The notes beneath the pieces are model-generated. The model had not been told where the DNA came from. It saw only the letters and a program-made list of their open reading frames with translations, and did not search any database. Below, piece by piece: positions 18,763 through 27,346 of a DNA stretch of 59,663 nt (the first letter of the stretch is position 1; each line of letters begins with the position of its first letter). This DNA comes from an uncultured bacterium (GTDB lineage: Bacteria; Fidelibacterota; Marinisomatia; Marinisomatales; UBA1611): NCBI GenBank assembly GCA_965660855.1, contig CBFIBM010000012.1:1-59663 (forward strand), in the 5' to 3' direction. Position numbers and translations under genes: made by a program.

Positions 18763-19661
18763 AAATAAAAAACCATAATTTTAAAGATTATTCCTCTATT
18801 CTATTTATTTTTATCTTTTCCTGTCTGCTTTCATATGGGATAGGGATAGGGTCTCAGACATTATCTTATTTTGGGCTTCCTGTAGTTTTTATAACTATGT
18901 TATTAAGCTATACCTTACATTGGATCGCGTTTATACCTGCATATTTATTTAAAACTGAAAAATTTTATGATATTTTAGGTACAATTGCATATTTATCCGT
19001 TACTGGTTTAGCAATTTATTTTACGCTTTATTTATCCGAAGAAAAATTACAATCACGATCAATTTTTGTTGCCTCTTTAGTGATTATTTGGGCATTGCGT
19101 TTGGGTATTTTTCTATTGATACGTGTATTAAAAAATGGTGAAGATCGAAGGTTTAGAGAGCCAATGCAATCATTCTCGAAATTTTTACTTTGGTGGAGTA
19201 TGTCTGCATTTTGGGTGTTTTTAACTACTTTAAATGCAATAACAATGTTAACAAATAACTTTGATTCAATTTTCGATATTTTTTTTATAATTGGATTAAT
19301 ATTTTGGTTTGTCGGGTTTAGTATTGAACTGATCTCGGATGAACAGAAAAGAAAATTTAAATTGAATCCTAAAAATAATGAAAATTTTATTTCTAACGGA
19401 CTGTGGAGTTATTCAAGACATCCAAATTATTTTGGTGAAATTATACTTTGGATAGGTATTTCAATTATGTCCTTACCAACTTTAGTGGGATTACAATTCT
19501 TAAGTTTAATTAGTCCAGTTTTTATTTATCTTCTTTTAACAAGAATTAGCGGTGTGAACTTGCTTGAAGAAAGAGCTGATAGTAAATGGGGAAATCAAAA
19601 AGACTACCAAGAGTATAAAAGAAAAACACCAATATTAATTCCTTTTAAAAATACTTTATAA
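18759..19661 (+). CDS. DUF1295 (steroid 5-alpha-reductase-like) membrane protein
   Basis: EKFYD, WALRLG, EDRRF, GLWSYSRHPNYFGE motifs. Confidence 0.88.
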   Translation: MKIKNHNFKDYSSILFIFIFSCLLSYGIGIGSQTLSYFGLPVVFITMLLSYTLHWIAFIPAYLFKTEKFYDILGTIAYLSVTGLAIYFTLYLSEEKLQSRSIFVASLVIIWALRLGIFLLIRVLKNGEDRRFREPMQSFSKFLLWWSMSAFWVFLTTLNAITMLTNNFDSIFDIFFIIGLIFWFVGFSIELISDEQKRKFKLNPKNNENFISNGLWSYSRHPNYFGEIILWIGISIMSLPTLVGLQFLSLISPVFIYLLLTRISGVNLLEERADSKWGNQKDYQEYKRKTPILIPFKNTL

Positions 19662-20249
19662 TTGTTTAAGTCTATTCCTAGTAAACCTTTTTGGATAATC
19701 ATAGTCATTTTTCTTAGTTGGAGAGATACGTTAATGGCAATAGAGACACCTGAGCATAAATTATTAAGAAAAAATCAAAAAATTGAAATAAGAGAATATA
19801 ATTCTTCTGTAATAGCAAGGACTTTTGTATATGATAATTACAGAGAAGCTTCTAGCACGGGTTTTAGAAGAATTGCAAATTTTATTTTTGGAGGTAATAA
19901 TAAAAATCAAAGTATAGAAATGACTGCACCTGTAATTATTTCAAAAAATATAAAAAAAAATGGACATGAAATATTTTTTTTTATGCCAAAAAAATATGAA
20001 TTAGATGAATTACCAAAACCAAACTTGGAGAGTGTTAAACTAGAAGAAATAATCATAGGAAAAGTTGCGGCTATAAGTTTTGGGGGCTGGGCTACAGAAA
20101 AAAACGTAAGTTTTTATACAGAAAAGTTAAAACAATATTTAAAATTAAATAATTATGAAACGATTGGAAATTTCATGGTTGCGCAATATAATTCACCTTG
20201 GGCAATTCCTCCGTTTAGAAAAAATGAAATCCTTGTTAAAATTAATTAA
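19662..20249 (+). CDS. SOUL heme-binding protein (alternative start ATG 19734)
   Basis: IETP, EIREY, GFRRIANFIFGGN, IEMTAPV, RKNEI motifs. Confidence 0.9.
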   Translation: MFKSIPSKPFWIIIVIFLSWRDTLMAIETPEHKLLRKNQKIEIREYNSSVIARTFVYDNYREASSTGFRRIANFIFGGNNKNQSIEMTAPVIISKNIKKNGHEIFFFMPKKYELDELPKPNLESVKLEEIIIGKVAAISFGGWATEKNVSFYTEKLKQYLKLNNYETIGNFMVAQYNSPWAIPPFRKNEILVKIN

Positions 20250-20295
20250 TCTCAATTAAACTTGGACATTAAACAATCCAATAATAGGAATAGGT

Positions 20296-20631
20296 ATGAA
20301 TTTTGAATCTATAATTGATGCTTTGAAAATAATTGCTGCTGTTGCTGTTTTTTTTGTTTGGGTCGTTAGATACGCGAATATAAAAAAAGAGTTTGAAAAA
20401 TTTGGCTTCCCTAGCTGGTTTAGGGATATGATTGGTATACTTAAAATCTCTTTTACTGTTATGCTTCAATCGTTGAACGAACAAATAGTACTTCTAGGTG
20501 CTTTTGGAATTGTTTTTTTGATGAGTGGAGCAATATTAACTCATATTAAAGTAAAAAATCCTGTGAAAGAAATGCTTCCAGCTATTGCAATGATTTCAAT
20601 TGGATTGATTATTCTATACTCCTCGCTTTAG
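20296..20631 (+). CDS. DoxX-like small membrane protein
   Basis: EFEKFGFPSWF..IG.LK, MSGAILTHIKVKNP....PA motifs. Confidence 0.75.
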   Translation: MNFESIIDALKIIAAVAVFFVWVVRYANIKKEFEKFGFPSWFRDMIGILKISFTVMLQSLNEQIVLLGAFGIVFLMSGAILTHIKVKNPVKEMLPAIAMISIGLIILYSSL

Positions 20632-20640
20632 TTCTTTGAA

Positions 20641-20660
20641 AATCGCTCATAACGCTTATA
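20641..20660 (+). promoter_or_regulatory. Tandem direct-repeat operator candidate, box 2 (AATCGCTCATAACGCTTATA), upstream of TTGTTA-N17-TATGTT
   Basis: 19/20 identical to box 1; intergenic, 29 nt upstream of the -10-like hexamer at 20690. Confidence 0.8.
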
Positions 20661-20719
20661 AAATATTTGTTAAATTTATCGTTAATACTTATGTTTTGAC
20701 ATAAGATTAGGTATAAAAT

Positions 20720-21193
20720 ATGACATTCCAACAAAAAGTATTTTTAAATAATATTCAGCCCTTAGATGTAATTAGGTCTTTTCATGATCACAATTTTGTA
20801 GAATTTCTTATTTCAGGCCAGCCCGTTAAAATAAATACTTGGAAAGGTATAGATAATAACAAAACCGCTTCTTTCTCATTTTGGTTTTTTGGATGGAGAA
20901 CAATGAATGTTGTCCACGAAAATTATCAGGTAAGTCGTGAAAAATTACATTTTGAAGATCACGGAACAGAGTTACCATTTGGTTTACTAGAATGGAAGCA
21001 TCAACACATTGTAAAACCATATAAAAATGGATCTATTATTGTAGACAATGTTACTATGGATAAATCTACAATTAAGAAAAAATATCTAATCTACCCAATC
21101 ATGATATTTCCAATTTTTATTAGAAGAATCACATATAAAATTTGGTTTTATTTTTTAGAAGGTAAAAAGTGGAGTTCATTTAAATCATTATGA
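20720..21193 (+). CDS. SRPBCC-like (cyclase/ligand-binding) protein
   Basis: F.D.G..LPFGL..W.H.H......GS.I.D.V pattern. Confidence 0.65.
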   Translation: MTFQQKVFLNNIQPLDVIRSFHDHNFVEFLISGQPVKINTWKGIDNNKTASFSFWFFGWRTMNVVHENYQVSREKLHFEDHGTELPFGLLEWKHQHIVKPYKNGSIIVDNVTMDKSTIKKKYLIYPIMIFPIFIRRITYKIWFYFLEGKKWSSFKSL

Positions 21194-21681
21194 AATTATT
21201 TTTTAAAACATCTGTTTGTTTCTTATTTATTTTAAGTATTTTATTTCCTAAATCAAAATCATCGTACTCAAGTATTCATAATACATGGAGATCAAAGAGT
21301 GATTCAAGATACAAAGTTTGGTTTCAGGATTGGTCTAGTTATACTAGATTATTTTTAACAATCAATGAAGATACAATTTCTGTTCAACCAAATAAATATG
21401 CCGCTGTAAATAGAAAGAAACCCTATTTATTCCCCAAGCCATATAAAAAAGTTCTTAAAAGACAACTTATTGGAAATATTGAATGGAATGACAAACCGTT
21501 ATGGAATGATGGGCATGTAAACACCTTTAAGTATATAGTAGATCGTTCAAATCCAAAGTCATCTTTGCCTATTGTTTTCGAGGGTTTATCTGTGAAGGAT
21601 AATGGTGTTTTACGACTTGAACTTGTTTCTGGTCCAGACTTAAAATATCATATGGAATTGATTCCGACGAGTGTTGAGTAA
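21190..21681 (+). CDS. Hypothetical exported protein
   Basis: ATGA overlap with the upstream gene; N-terminal hydrophobic segment; no family recognised. Confidence 0.6.
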   Translation: MKLFFKTSVCFLFILSILFPKSKSSYSSIHNTWRSKSDSRYKVWFQDWSSYTRLFLTINEDTISVQPNKYAAVNRKKPYLFPKPYKKVLKRQLIGNIEWNDKPLWNDGHVNTFKYIVDRSNPKSSLPIVFEGLSVKDNGVLRLELVSGPDLKYHMELIPTSVE

Positions 21682-21696
21682 TTTTAGACTCTAAGT

Positions 21697-22218
21697 GTGA
21701 ATAAAAAAAAAACGTGTTTTAAAAGTTCCATATTATCTGTAAATCAGGAGGTTAGTAAAAGTTTTCCTCAAAAAAAGATAATAACGATTGATGCCCCGAA
21801 TTGGGTAAATATAATTCCTTTCACACCATCTAATGAGATAGTTTTTATAAAACAACATCGGTATGGAGTGAATAATAAAACTTTAGAAATTCCTGGTGGA
21901 ATGGTAGATAAGGGTGAAAGTTCATATGAATCTGCGACTAGAGAACTACTAGAAGAAACGGGCTTTCAATCAACAAGAGTATTTAAATTAGGGAAGATAT
22001 CTCCAAACCCAGCTTTGTTTTCAAACTATGTCACTAGTTACGTTGCTTATGGAGTAAAAAAATTAGATTATTACTGTGAAGAAGAAAATATAACGACTAA
22101 GTTAATTCACTTGTCAAAAGTAAATAATTTAATAAGGTCAGGAAAAATAGACCACGCACTAGTTGTCGCAGCCTTCTTTCTCTTCAATATTAGAAATAAA
22201 AACGCTCAAAACGCTTAA
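21697..22218 (+). CDS. NUDIX hydrolase (ADP-ribose pyrophosphatase-like)
   Basis: Nudix box PGGMVDKGESSYESATRELLEETG; SPNPA. Confidence 0.9.
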   Translation: MNKKKTCFKSSILSVNQEVSKSFPQKKIITIDAPNWVNIIPFTPSNEIVFIKQHRYGVNNKTLEIPGGMVDKGESSYESATRELLEETGFQSTRVFKLGKISPNPALFSNYVTSYVAYGVKKLDYYCEEENITTKLIHLSKVNNLIRSGKIDHALVVAAFFLFNIRNKNAQNA

Positions 22219-22219
22219 A
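22200..22219 (+). promoter_or_regulatory. Tandem direct-repeat operator candidate, box 3 (AAACGCTCAAAACGCTTAAA), upstream of TTGACT-N18-TATATT
   Basis: Same CGCTYA 9-bp repeat, encoded within the last codons of the NUDIX gene; 29 nt upstream of TATATT at 22249. Confidence 0.78.
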
Positions 22220-22276
22220 AAAGCTTGACTTCTATTTTAACTTTTATCTATATTTAATTAAGTAATAGGAGTTTTT

Positions 22277-22558
22277 ATGAGTATTCTACAAGCAGTATCA
22301 CAAGGTGCAGACCTTAAACATGCAAATGAAAAGAGAGAAGTAAAAAACAATTTTGATGCCCGAAAAGCAGATCAAGATTTAAGAGCTTGTCCTTCCTGCA
22401 GAGCGGTGTGGGAGATTATGGTTTTTAATCAGACTGTTGACTATAAATATTACCATAATTTTCCACGATATGGTAAGAAGAAGGGTGTCTGCCCAAGTTG
22501 CGCAATAAGAACAAAAAATAAATATTATCATAATAAAGAGGTATTGGATCCCTCATGA
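22277..22558 (+). CDS. Hypothetical protein with two CPSC motifs (possible Zn ribbon)
   Basis: Strong AGGAG RBS; ACPSCR...VCPSCA. Confidence 0.7.
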   Translation: MSILQAVSQGADLKHANEKREVKNNFDARKADQDLRACPSCRAVWEIMVFNQTVDYKYYHNFPRYGKKKGVCPSCAIRTKNKYYHNKEVLDPS

Positions 22559-22857
22559 GTTTATCATTTATCGATCATATTGCTGTCGAGTCAAACGATA
22601 TAAGTAAATCAGTAGAATGGTATTCTCAAAAATTTGATTGTGAAATCAAACATCAAGATGATACCTGGGCCCTTTTAGGGTTTGATAATATTTCACTTGC
22701 TCTTGTAACGCCCGGAGAACATCCGCCTCACATCGCTATTCATGATGATAAAATTATTGGTTCAAATGAAAGGAAAATACATAGAGACGGAATTGGGTAT
22801 ATCTATAAAGAAGATCCGGATACCAATGTTGTAGAATTGATTGACACAAAAACTTGA
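22555..22857 (+). CDS. VOC/glyoxalase family protein
   Basis: IDHIAV..DISKSVEWY, HIAI, YKEDPDTNVVELI motifs. Confidence 0.85.
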   Translation: MSLSFIDHIAVESNDISKSVEWYSQKFDCEIKHQDDTWALLGFDNISLALVTPGEHPPHIAIHDDKIIGSNERKIHRDGIGYIYKEDPDTNVVELIDTKT

Positions 22858-22880
22858 TTATGGTTAGCGTTCAGATTATA

Positions 22881-23036
22881 ATGGAAAAAAATTACTGTAT
22901 ACTTTCCGCATTTGATGAAGATGCGCATGAGCTTGCCGGAAAAGTACAAGACTTACTAGGACAAGGATGGATAATATCAGGTGGTATTGCATCCTTAAAT
23001 AGTAAATTATATCAAACTATGGTCAAAGGATTGTGA
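22881..23036 (+). CDS. Small DUF1737-like protein (ORF track starts it at 22854)
   Basis: Y.IL......L...V...L..GW...GG.......YQ.MVK pattern. Confidence 0.55.
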   Translation: MEKNYCILSAFDEDAHELAGKVQDLLGQGWIISGGIASLNSKLYQTMVKGL

Positions 23037-23734
23037 TGAGTGTTTTGATTATTGGTGCCGCAGGTGGCATCGGAACCGTACTGGTTGACGACTTAGTAGA
23101 CCTTTCTTTCAATCTCCTCCTTGGGTATAGGTCTAATAAGCCCGTATCCAAATCTGCTGAGTCTCAACCGGTTGATGGTGAAAATTTTCAATCTGTACAT
23201 GATTTTGTGCAATATGGTTTAGATAAATTTGGTAAGATTGATGGTATAGTCAATTTAGCTGGAAACTTGGTTTTAAAACCAGCTCATCGATGTAGTGAGG
23301 ATGAATTTGATCAGACTATAGGTAAAAATTTAAAGTCTTCATTTGCTGTAGTAAAAGCAGTAGGTTCCCTCTTAGAAAACTGTTCTGTAGTTTTGTTGTC
23401 CACTGCAGCTGCAGGTATAGGTCTTGCTAACCATGAGTTGATTTCATCTGCGAAATCTGGGGTAGAAGGTCTTGTTAAATCAGCTTCAAAAACTTACGCA
23501 CGAAAAAACATAAGATTTAATAGCGTTGCACCTGGATTAATCTCGACTCCTCTTTCCTCCAAAATCATTAGTAACCCGATTGCATTAAAAGCTAGTGAAA
23601 AAATGCATGCACTTGGTAGAATAGGAGAGCCAAAAGATATTTCTAATATGATACAATTTTTGATAAGTCCCCAAAATAATTGGATAACAGGGCAAAATTT
23701 TGTTATAGACGGTGGTTTATCATCAACAAAATAA
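23033..23734 (+). CDS. Short-chain dehydrogenase/reductase
   Basis: GAAGGIG, NLAG, VAPGL, ITGQ...DGG motifs; catalytic YxxxK is atypical (ISSAK). Confidence 0.88.
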   Translation: MMSVLIIGAAGGIGTVLVDDLVDLSFNLLLGYRSNKPVSKSAESQPVDGENFQSVHDFVQYGLDKFGKIDGIVNLAGNLVLKPAHRCSEDEFDQTIGKNLKSSFAVVKAVGSLLENCSVVLLSTAAAGIGLANHELISSAKSGVEGLVKSASKTYARKNIRFNSVAPGLISTPLSSKIISNPIALKASEKMHALGRIGEPKDISNMIQFLISPQNNWITGQNFVIDGGLSSTK

Positions 23735-23762
23735 TAACTAATCTAAAATAATAGGAAAAGTA

Positions 23763-24089
23763 ATGAAAAAAGTAGCTTTAAGAAAGAATAGATTTAACAA
23801 AAAAGAATTCTCCGAAACTAGCTGGACCGAAAAGTCAAAAAATCTAGGTGAATATATTTTTAGAAGAATATCCTTAGATCAATCAGATAAAGGATTAAAA
23901 GAAATTAGACCTCGCCACATTTTGAGTGGTTTGATTATCAGCAGCAAAGAAATCCAGCAATATGTATGTGATTACTTGGATTTATTAGAAAGTCAGAAGA
24001 TTGATACCGTTGATATTACAGGAATAGAGAATTTTAAAGATTTTAATTTAGATAACTACTTGGATAGTATAACTATTCCGAAATCATAA
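23763..24089 (+). CDS. Hypothetical protein
   Basis: AGGA RBS, co-oriented, fills the gap; no family recognised. Confidence 0.6.
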   Translation: MKKVALRKNRFNKKEFSETSWTEKSKNLGEYIFRRISLDQSDKGLKEIRPRHILSGLIISSKEIQQYVCDYLDLLESQKIDTVDITGIENFKDFNLDNYLDSITIPKS

Positions 24090-24111
24090 ATATCTATATT
24101 GAATTTTAAAA

Positions 24112-24693
24112 ATGAATTTTAAAAGGTTTATTATGATAGCAAGTATTACTACAATATTTACAGGATTCTTTTCATTAATATTTTCAAAAAGTACTCTAGC
24201 TGCTAAATCTGGAGAGGTATCAAATAGCTCGATCTATGAGATGAAGCTTAAGTTAAATAATGGAGATTTGATTTCCCTAAGTAAATTCAAAGGGAAAAAA
24301 TTGATGTTTGTAAATGTGGCTTCTAGATGTGGATTTACTTCTCAGTACAAAAAGCTTCAACAACTTTATGAGAAAAAAAATGATGTTCTAGAAATAATTG
24401 CAATTCCGTGCAATGATTTTGGTCGTCAAGAGCCTGGAAGTGCAGAAGATATTAAAAGGTTCTGTGAATCAAACTATAAAGTAACATTTACCATAGCAGA
24501 TAAACAAAATATAAAATCAAGGACTAGAAGTGAATTGTATAATTGGTTATCTGATCCGGCTTTAAATGGGTGGAATGATCAACTACCTTCTTGGAATTTT
24601 TGTAAATATCTCATAGACGAAAATGGTGAATTAACGCATTTTTTTAAAAGTAATGTTGATCCGGTTGGCGAAAAAATATTTCCTTTGATTTAA
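24112..24693 (+). CDS. gpx: Glutathione peroxidase (Cys type), N-terminal signal/anchor
   Basis: VNVASRCGFTSQY, PCNDFGRQEPG, WNFCKYLID motifs. Confidence 0.92.
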   Translation: MNFKRFIMIASITTIFTGFFSLIFSKSTLAAKSGEVSNSSIYEMKLKLNNGDLISLSKFKGKKLMFVNVASRCGFTSQYKKLQQLYEKKNDVLEIIAIPCNDFGRQEPGSAEDIKRFCESNYKVTFTIADKQNIKSRTRSELYNWLSDPALNGWNDQLPSWNFCKYLIDENGELTHFFKSNVDPVGEKIFPLI

Positions 24694-24712
24694 TCTCCCA
24701 TACTGTAATTGA

Positions 24713-24880
24713 TTGAAAAAAAAATTCTTACCAAAAAAGATTTGTCCGATATGTAATTTTAGTTTTTCTTGGCGTAAAAAGTGGGTTAGGAATTGGGAAG
24801 ATGTAAAATATTGTAGCCAAAAGTGCAGAATTAATAGAGTTAAGATCATCAAAAATGAAAATCATCTTAATTTATCCTAA
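24713..24880 (+). CDS. DUF2256 small Cys-rich protein (absent from the ORF track)
   Basis: Hand translation from [42 protein letters not shown]...; typical neighbour of photolyase genes. Confidence 0.85.
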   Translation: MKKKFLPKKICPICNFSFSWRKKWVRNWEDVKYCSQKCRINRVKIIKNENHLNLS

Positions 24881-26339
24881 TCAATTATATAGCAATCACC
24901 CGGCTCTTAGAAAAGATCAAAAAATAGTTATAGTTGAGGATCCTCTTTTTTTTGGGGATCAACAATATCCATTAAATTTTCATAAGAAAAAACTGCTACT
25001 TCACTTCGCTTCAATCAAATCTTATAAAGAAGAATTAAAGAATAGGGGATATGATGTAGAAATATATCCTCATGAAAAATTAAGAGGTAAGAATTATAAT
25101 ATTTCAATGTTAAAATCAATGAATATATCGGAAATATCTCTAGCAGATGTTGTTGATTACACATTAGAAAAAAGGCTTGTAAATGCTGCAAAGGCTTTAA
25201 ATATTAAAATTAAGTGGTTTGATACACCAGGTTTTATACTCACTAGCGAAGAAGTCAATAGAGAGTTTAAAAATAAAAAAAAGCATCTAATGAATACCTT
25301 TTATATAAATCAGCGTAAGAAATTAAATATACTATTGGATGAAAATTATAATCCCATTGGAGGAAAATGGAGTTTTGATTCAGAAAATAGGAAAAAATTA
25401 CCAAAAAAAACTATAATACCATTAATTAAAAAAATAGAATTTGATAAAAAAACATTAAACTATTCTACAGATAAGATAAATAAATATTTTAATAAAAACC
25501 TAGGTTCAATAGAAGGGTTTAACTTCCCGGTGACGAGGTTGCAAGCACGGGAATCTTTCAAAGATTTTTTATATCACAGATTGGAATTATTTGGGACTTA
25601 CGAAGATGCCATTTCAAAAGATAACAACTTTTTATTCCATGGAGTTATAACTCCATACCTTAATATAGGTTTAATGACGCCAAAAGAAGTTATAAACGAC
25701 GTCATGGATTTTGCAGAGCAAAATCATGTACCTATTAATTCCTTAGAAGGTTTTATCCGCCAAGTTATTGGATGGAGAGAGTTTATTCGTGGCATATACA
25801 TTATGGATGGGGTAAAGCAAAGAAATAGTAATTTTTGGAATTTTAAAAAAGAAGTACCCGAGTCATTTTATAATGCAAAGACAGGTCTAGTTCCATTAGA
25901 TAATGCAATAAATAGATGCCTAGAAACTGGATACACTCATCATATAGAGAGGTTAATGATATTAGGTAATATTATGGTACTTTTGGAGATTAATCCTAAA
26001 TCTGTTTATAATTGGTTCATGGAATTTTTCATTGATTCCTATGATTGGGTAATGGTGCCTAATATTTACGGAATGAGTCAATTTTCTGATGGAGGTTTGA
26101 TGTCCACTAAACCATATATCAGTGGGAGTAATTACATCTTAAAAATGAGTGATTATAAAAAAGAAGAGTGGACTGAAACTTGGGATGCTCTTTATTGGAA
26201 CTTTATAAACAAGAATAGGTCCTTCTTTAAAAAGAATCCTAGAATGAGTATGATGGTTTCAATGTACGATAAGCAGTTGGAAAAGAAAAAAGTAAAAGAT
26301 TATAAAATTGTACAAAAATATTTCAAAACTATTTTTTAA
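24855..26339 (+). CDS. Bacterial cryptochrome/(6-4) photolyase, PhrB/CryB-related, lacking FeS cysteines
   Basis: [55 protein letters not shown] motifs. Confidence 0.9.
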   Translation: MKIILIYPNQLYSNHPALRKDQKIVIVEDPLFFGDQQYPLNFHKKKLLLHFASIKSYKEELKNRGYDVEIYPHEKLRGKNYNISMLKSMNISEISLADVVDYTLEKRLVNAAKALNIKIKWFDTPGFILTSEEVNREFKNKKKHLMNTFYINQRKKLNILLDENYNPIGGKWSFDSENRKKLPKKTIIPLIKKIEFDKKTLNYSTDKINKYFNKNLGSIEGFNFPVTRLQARESFKDFLYHRLELFGTYEDAISKDNNFLFHGVITPYLNIGLMTPKEVINDVMDFAEQNHVPINSLEGFIRQVIGWREFIRGIYIMDGVKQRNSNFWNFKKEVPESFYNAKTGLVPLDNAINRCLETGYTHHIERLMILGNIMVLLEINPKSVYNWFMEFFIDSYDWVMVPNIYGMSQFSDGGLMSTKPYISGSNYILKMSDYKKEEWTETWDALYWNFINKNRSFFKKNPRMSMMVSMYDKQLEKKKVKDYKIVQKYFKTIF

Positions 26340-26374
26340 TAAAAACAAGTGATAGACTTAAGTATTTTTATAAG

Positions 26375-26394
26375 TAAAGCTCATAACGCTCATT
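26375..26394 (+). promoter_or_regulatory. Tandem direct-repeat operator candidate, box 4 (TAAAGCTCATAACGCTCATT), upstream of the regulator gene
   Basis: GCTCATAACGCTCAT core identical to box 1; 29 nt upstream of TATATT at 26424. Confidence 0.8.
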
Positions 26395-26434
26395 TTCTAT
26401 TTTAATATAATATGATTATGTTGTATATTTTAAT

Positions 26435-27334
26435 ATGAGATATTTAAGTTCAAATGATGTTGCAGAAATTTTAGGCGTAAATATTTCTACCCTTAAAAGA
26501 TGGACAGATAACAAAACGATACAATGTACGAAAACGCCTGGTGGGCATAGAAAGTTTACTATGAAACATGTTAGAGAGTTTTATAAAACTAATAAAAAGT
26601 CAACAAAGAATCTTGGTTTAGGTCTCGAAAAATTAAAACACAAACGTATCTTTGATTTAATCAATAAAGAAAAGTACAAAGATTTAGCAGAGATTTTAGC
26701 TGACTCTAGCATTGAGTCAGATGAATTAAGTGTAAATACAATTATTAATGGATTGTATATGAAAGGGGCATCCGTTCAAATGATTTGTGATGAAGTCATT
26801 GAACCTGGTAGTATGATAGTTGAAAATGCTCTTAGAAAAAATTATCTTAGTCACGCTGAAGCATTTATTAGCAGAAAAATGATTACCCGTAGTGTTGAAA
26901 TTTTAAATATCAATAAACCAAATGATTCATCAAACTCTAAGAATGCGCTTTGTGTCAATTTCGAAGATAATTTACCAGATTTAGGTGTTGTAATGTCTGA
27001 AGCTGTCTTAAGACATATTGGTTATAATGTATTTAATACTGGCTCTCATGCTGAACTTGGAAATCTTGAAACTGTAATAGAGAAAAAAGATATAAATCTT
27101 ATATTATTTTATTTGTGTGATATGCAATGTTGCATGGCTACTGTTCAAAAAAATATGAAAAAAACTGAAGGTCAAGTGGAAAATATCATCTCCATTGTAA
27201 ATAAATTTGATGATATCCAAGTAATCTTTGGTGGGTCGGGCCTTCATTTGATGCCAAATGTCCAAAATAAGATAGGCCTTACTTTCAACACATTTTCTGA
27301 TTTAAAAAACGTATTTACCAATTCTAATTCATAA
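26435..27334 (+). CDS. CarH/LitR-like transcriptional regulator: BldC/Xis-type MerR HTH + degenerate cobalamin-binding fold
   Basis: DVAEILGVNISTLKRW...KTPGGHRKF HTH; helical bundle (ICDEVIEP...) and Rossmann part (DLG...LRHIGYNVFNTG, VIFGG). Confidence 0.85.
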   Translation: MRYLSSNDVAEILGVNISTLKRWTDNKTIQCTKTPGGHRKFTMKHVREFYKTNKKSTKNLGLGLEKLKHKRIFDLINKEKYKDLAEILADSSIESDELSVNTIINGLYMKGASVQMICDEVIEPGSMIVENALRKNYLSHAEAFISRKMITRSVEILNINKPNDSSNSKNALCVNFEDNLPDLGVVMSEAVLRHIGYNVFNTGSHAELGNLETVIEKKDINLILFYLCDMQCCMATVQKNMKKTEGQVENIISIVNKFDDIQVIFGGSGLHLMPNVQNKIGLTFNTFSDLKNVFTNSNS

Positions 27335-27346
27335 TTAAACTAAATT

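Noticed and set aside
20255..20278. TAAACT-TGGACA-T-TAAACA upstream of the DoxX-like gene as a CarH-type TnnACA operator
   Set aside because: Spacing does not match an 11-bp period and there is a single low-complexity instance.
24112..24693. Selenocysteine in glutathione peroxidase
   Set aside because: The active-site codon is TGT (Cys); no in-frame TGA.
24631..24852. 73-aa minus-strand ORF in the track
   Set aside because: Shadow of the plus-strand DUF2256 gene.
11834..26394. CGCTCATAA repeats as a CRISPR array or REP/IS ends
   Set aside because: Only two units per site, kilobases apart, with no spacers, palindromy, cas or transposase genes; position fits an operator.
26435..26590. Excisionase-like HTH as a prophage/ICE marker
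   Set aside because: It is the N-terminal domain of a regulator; no integrase or att site seen.
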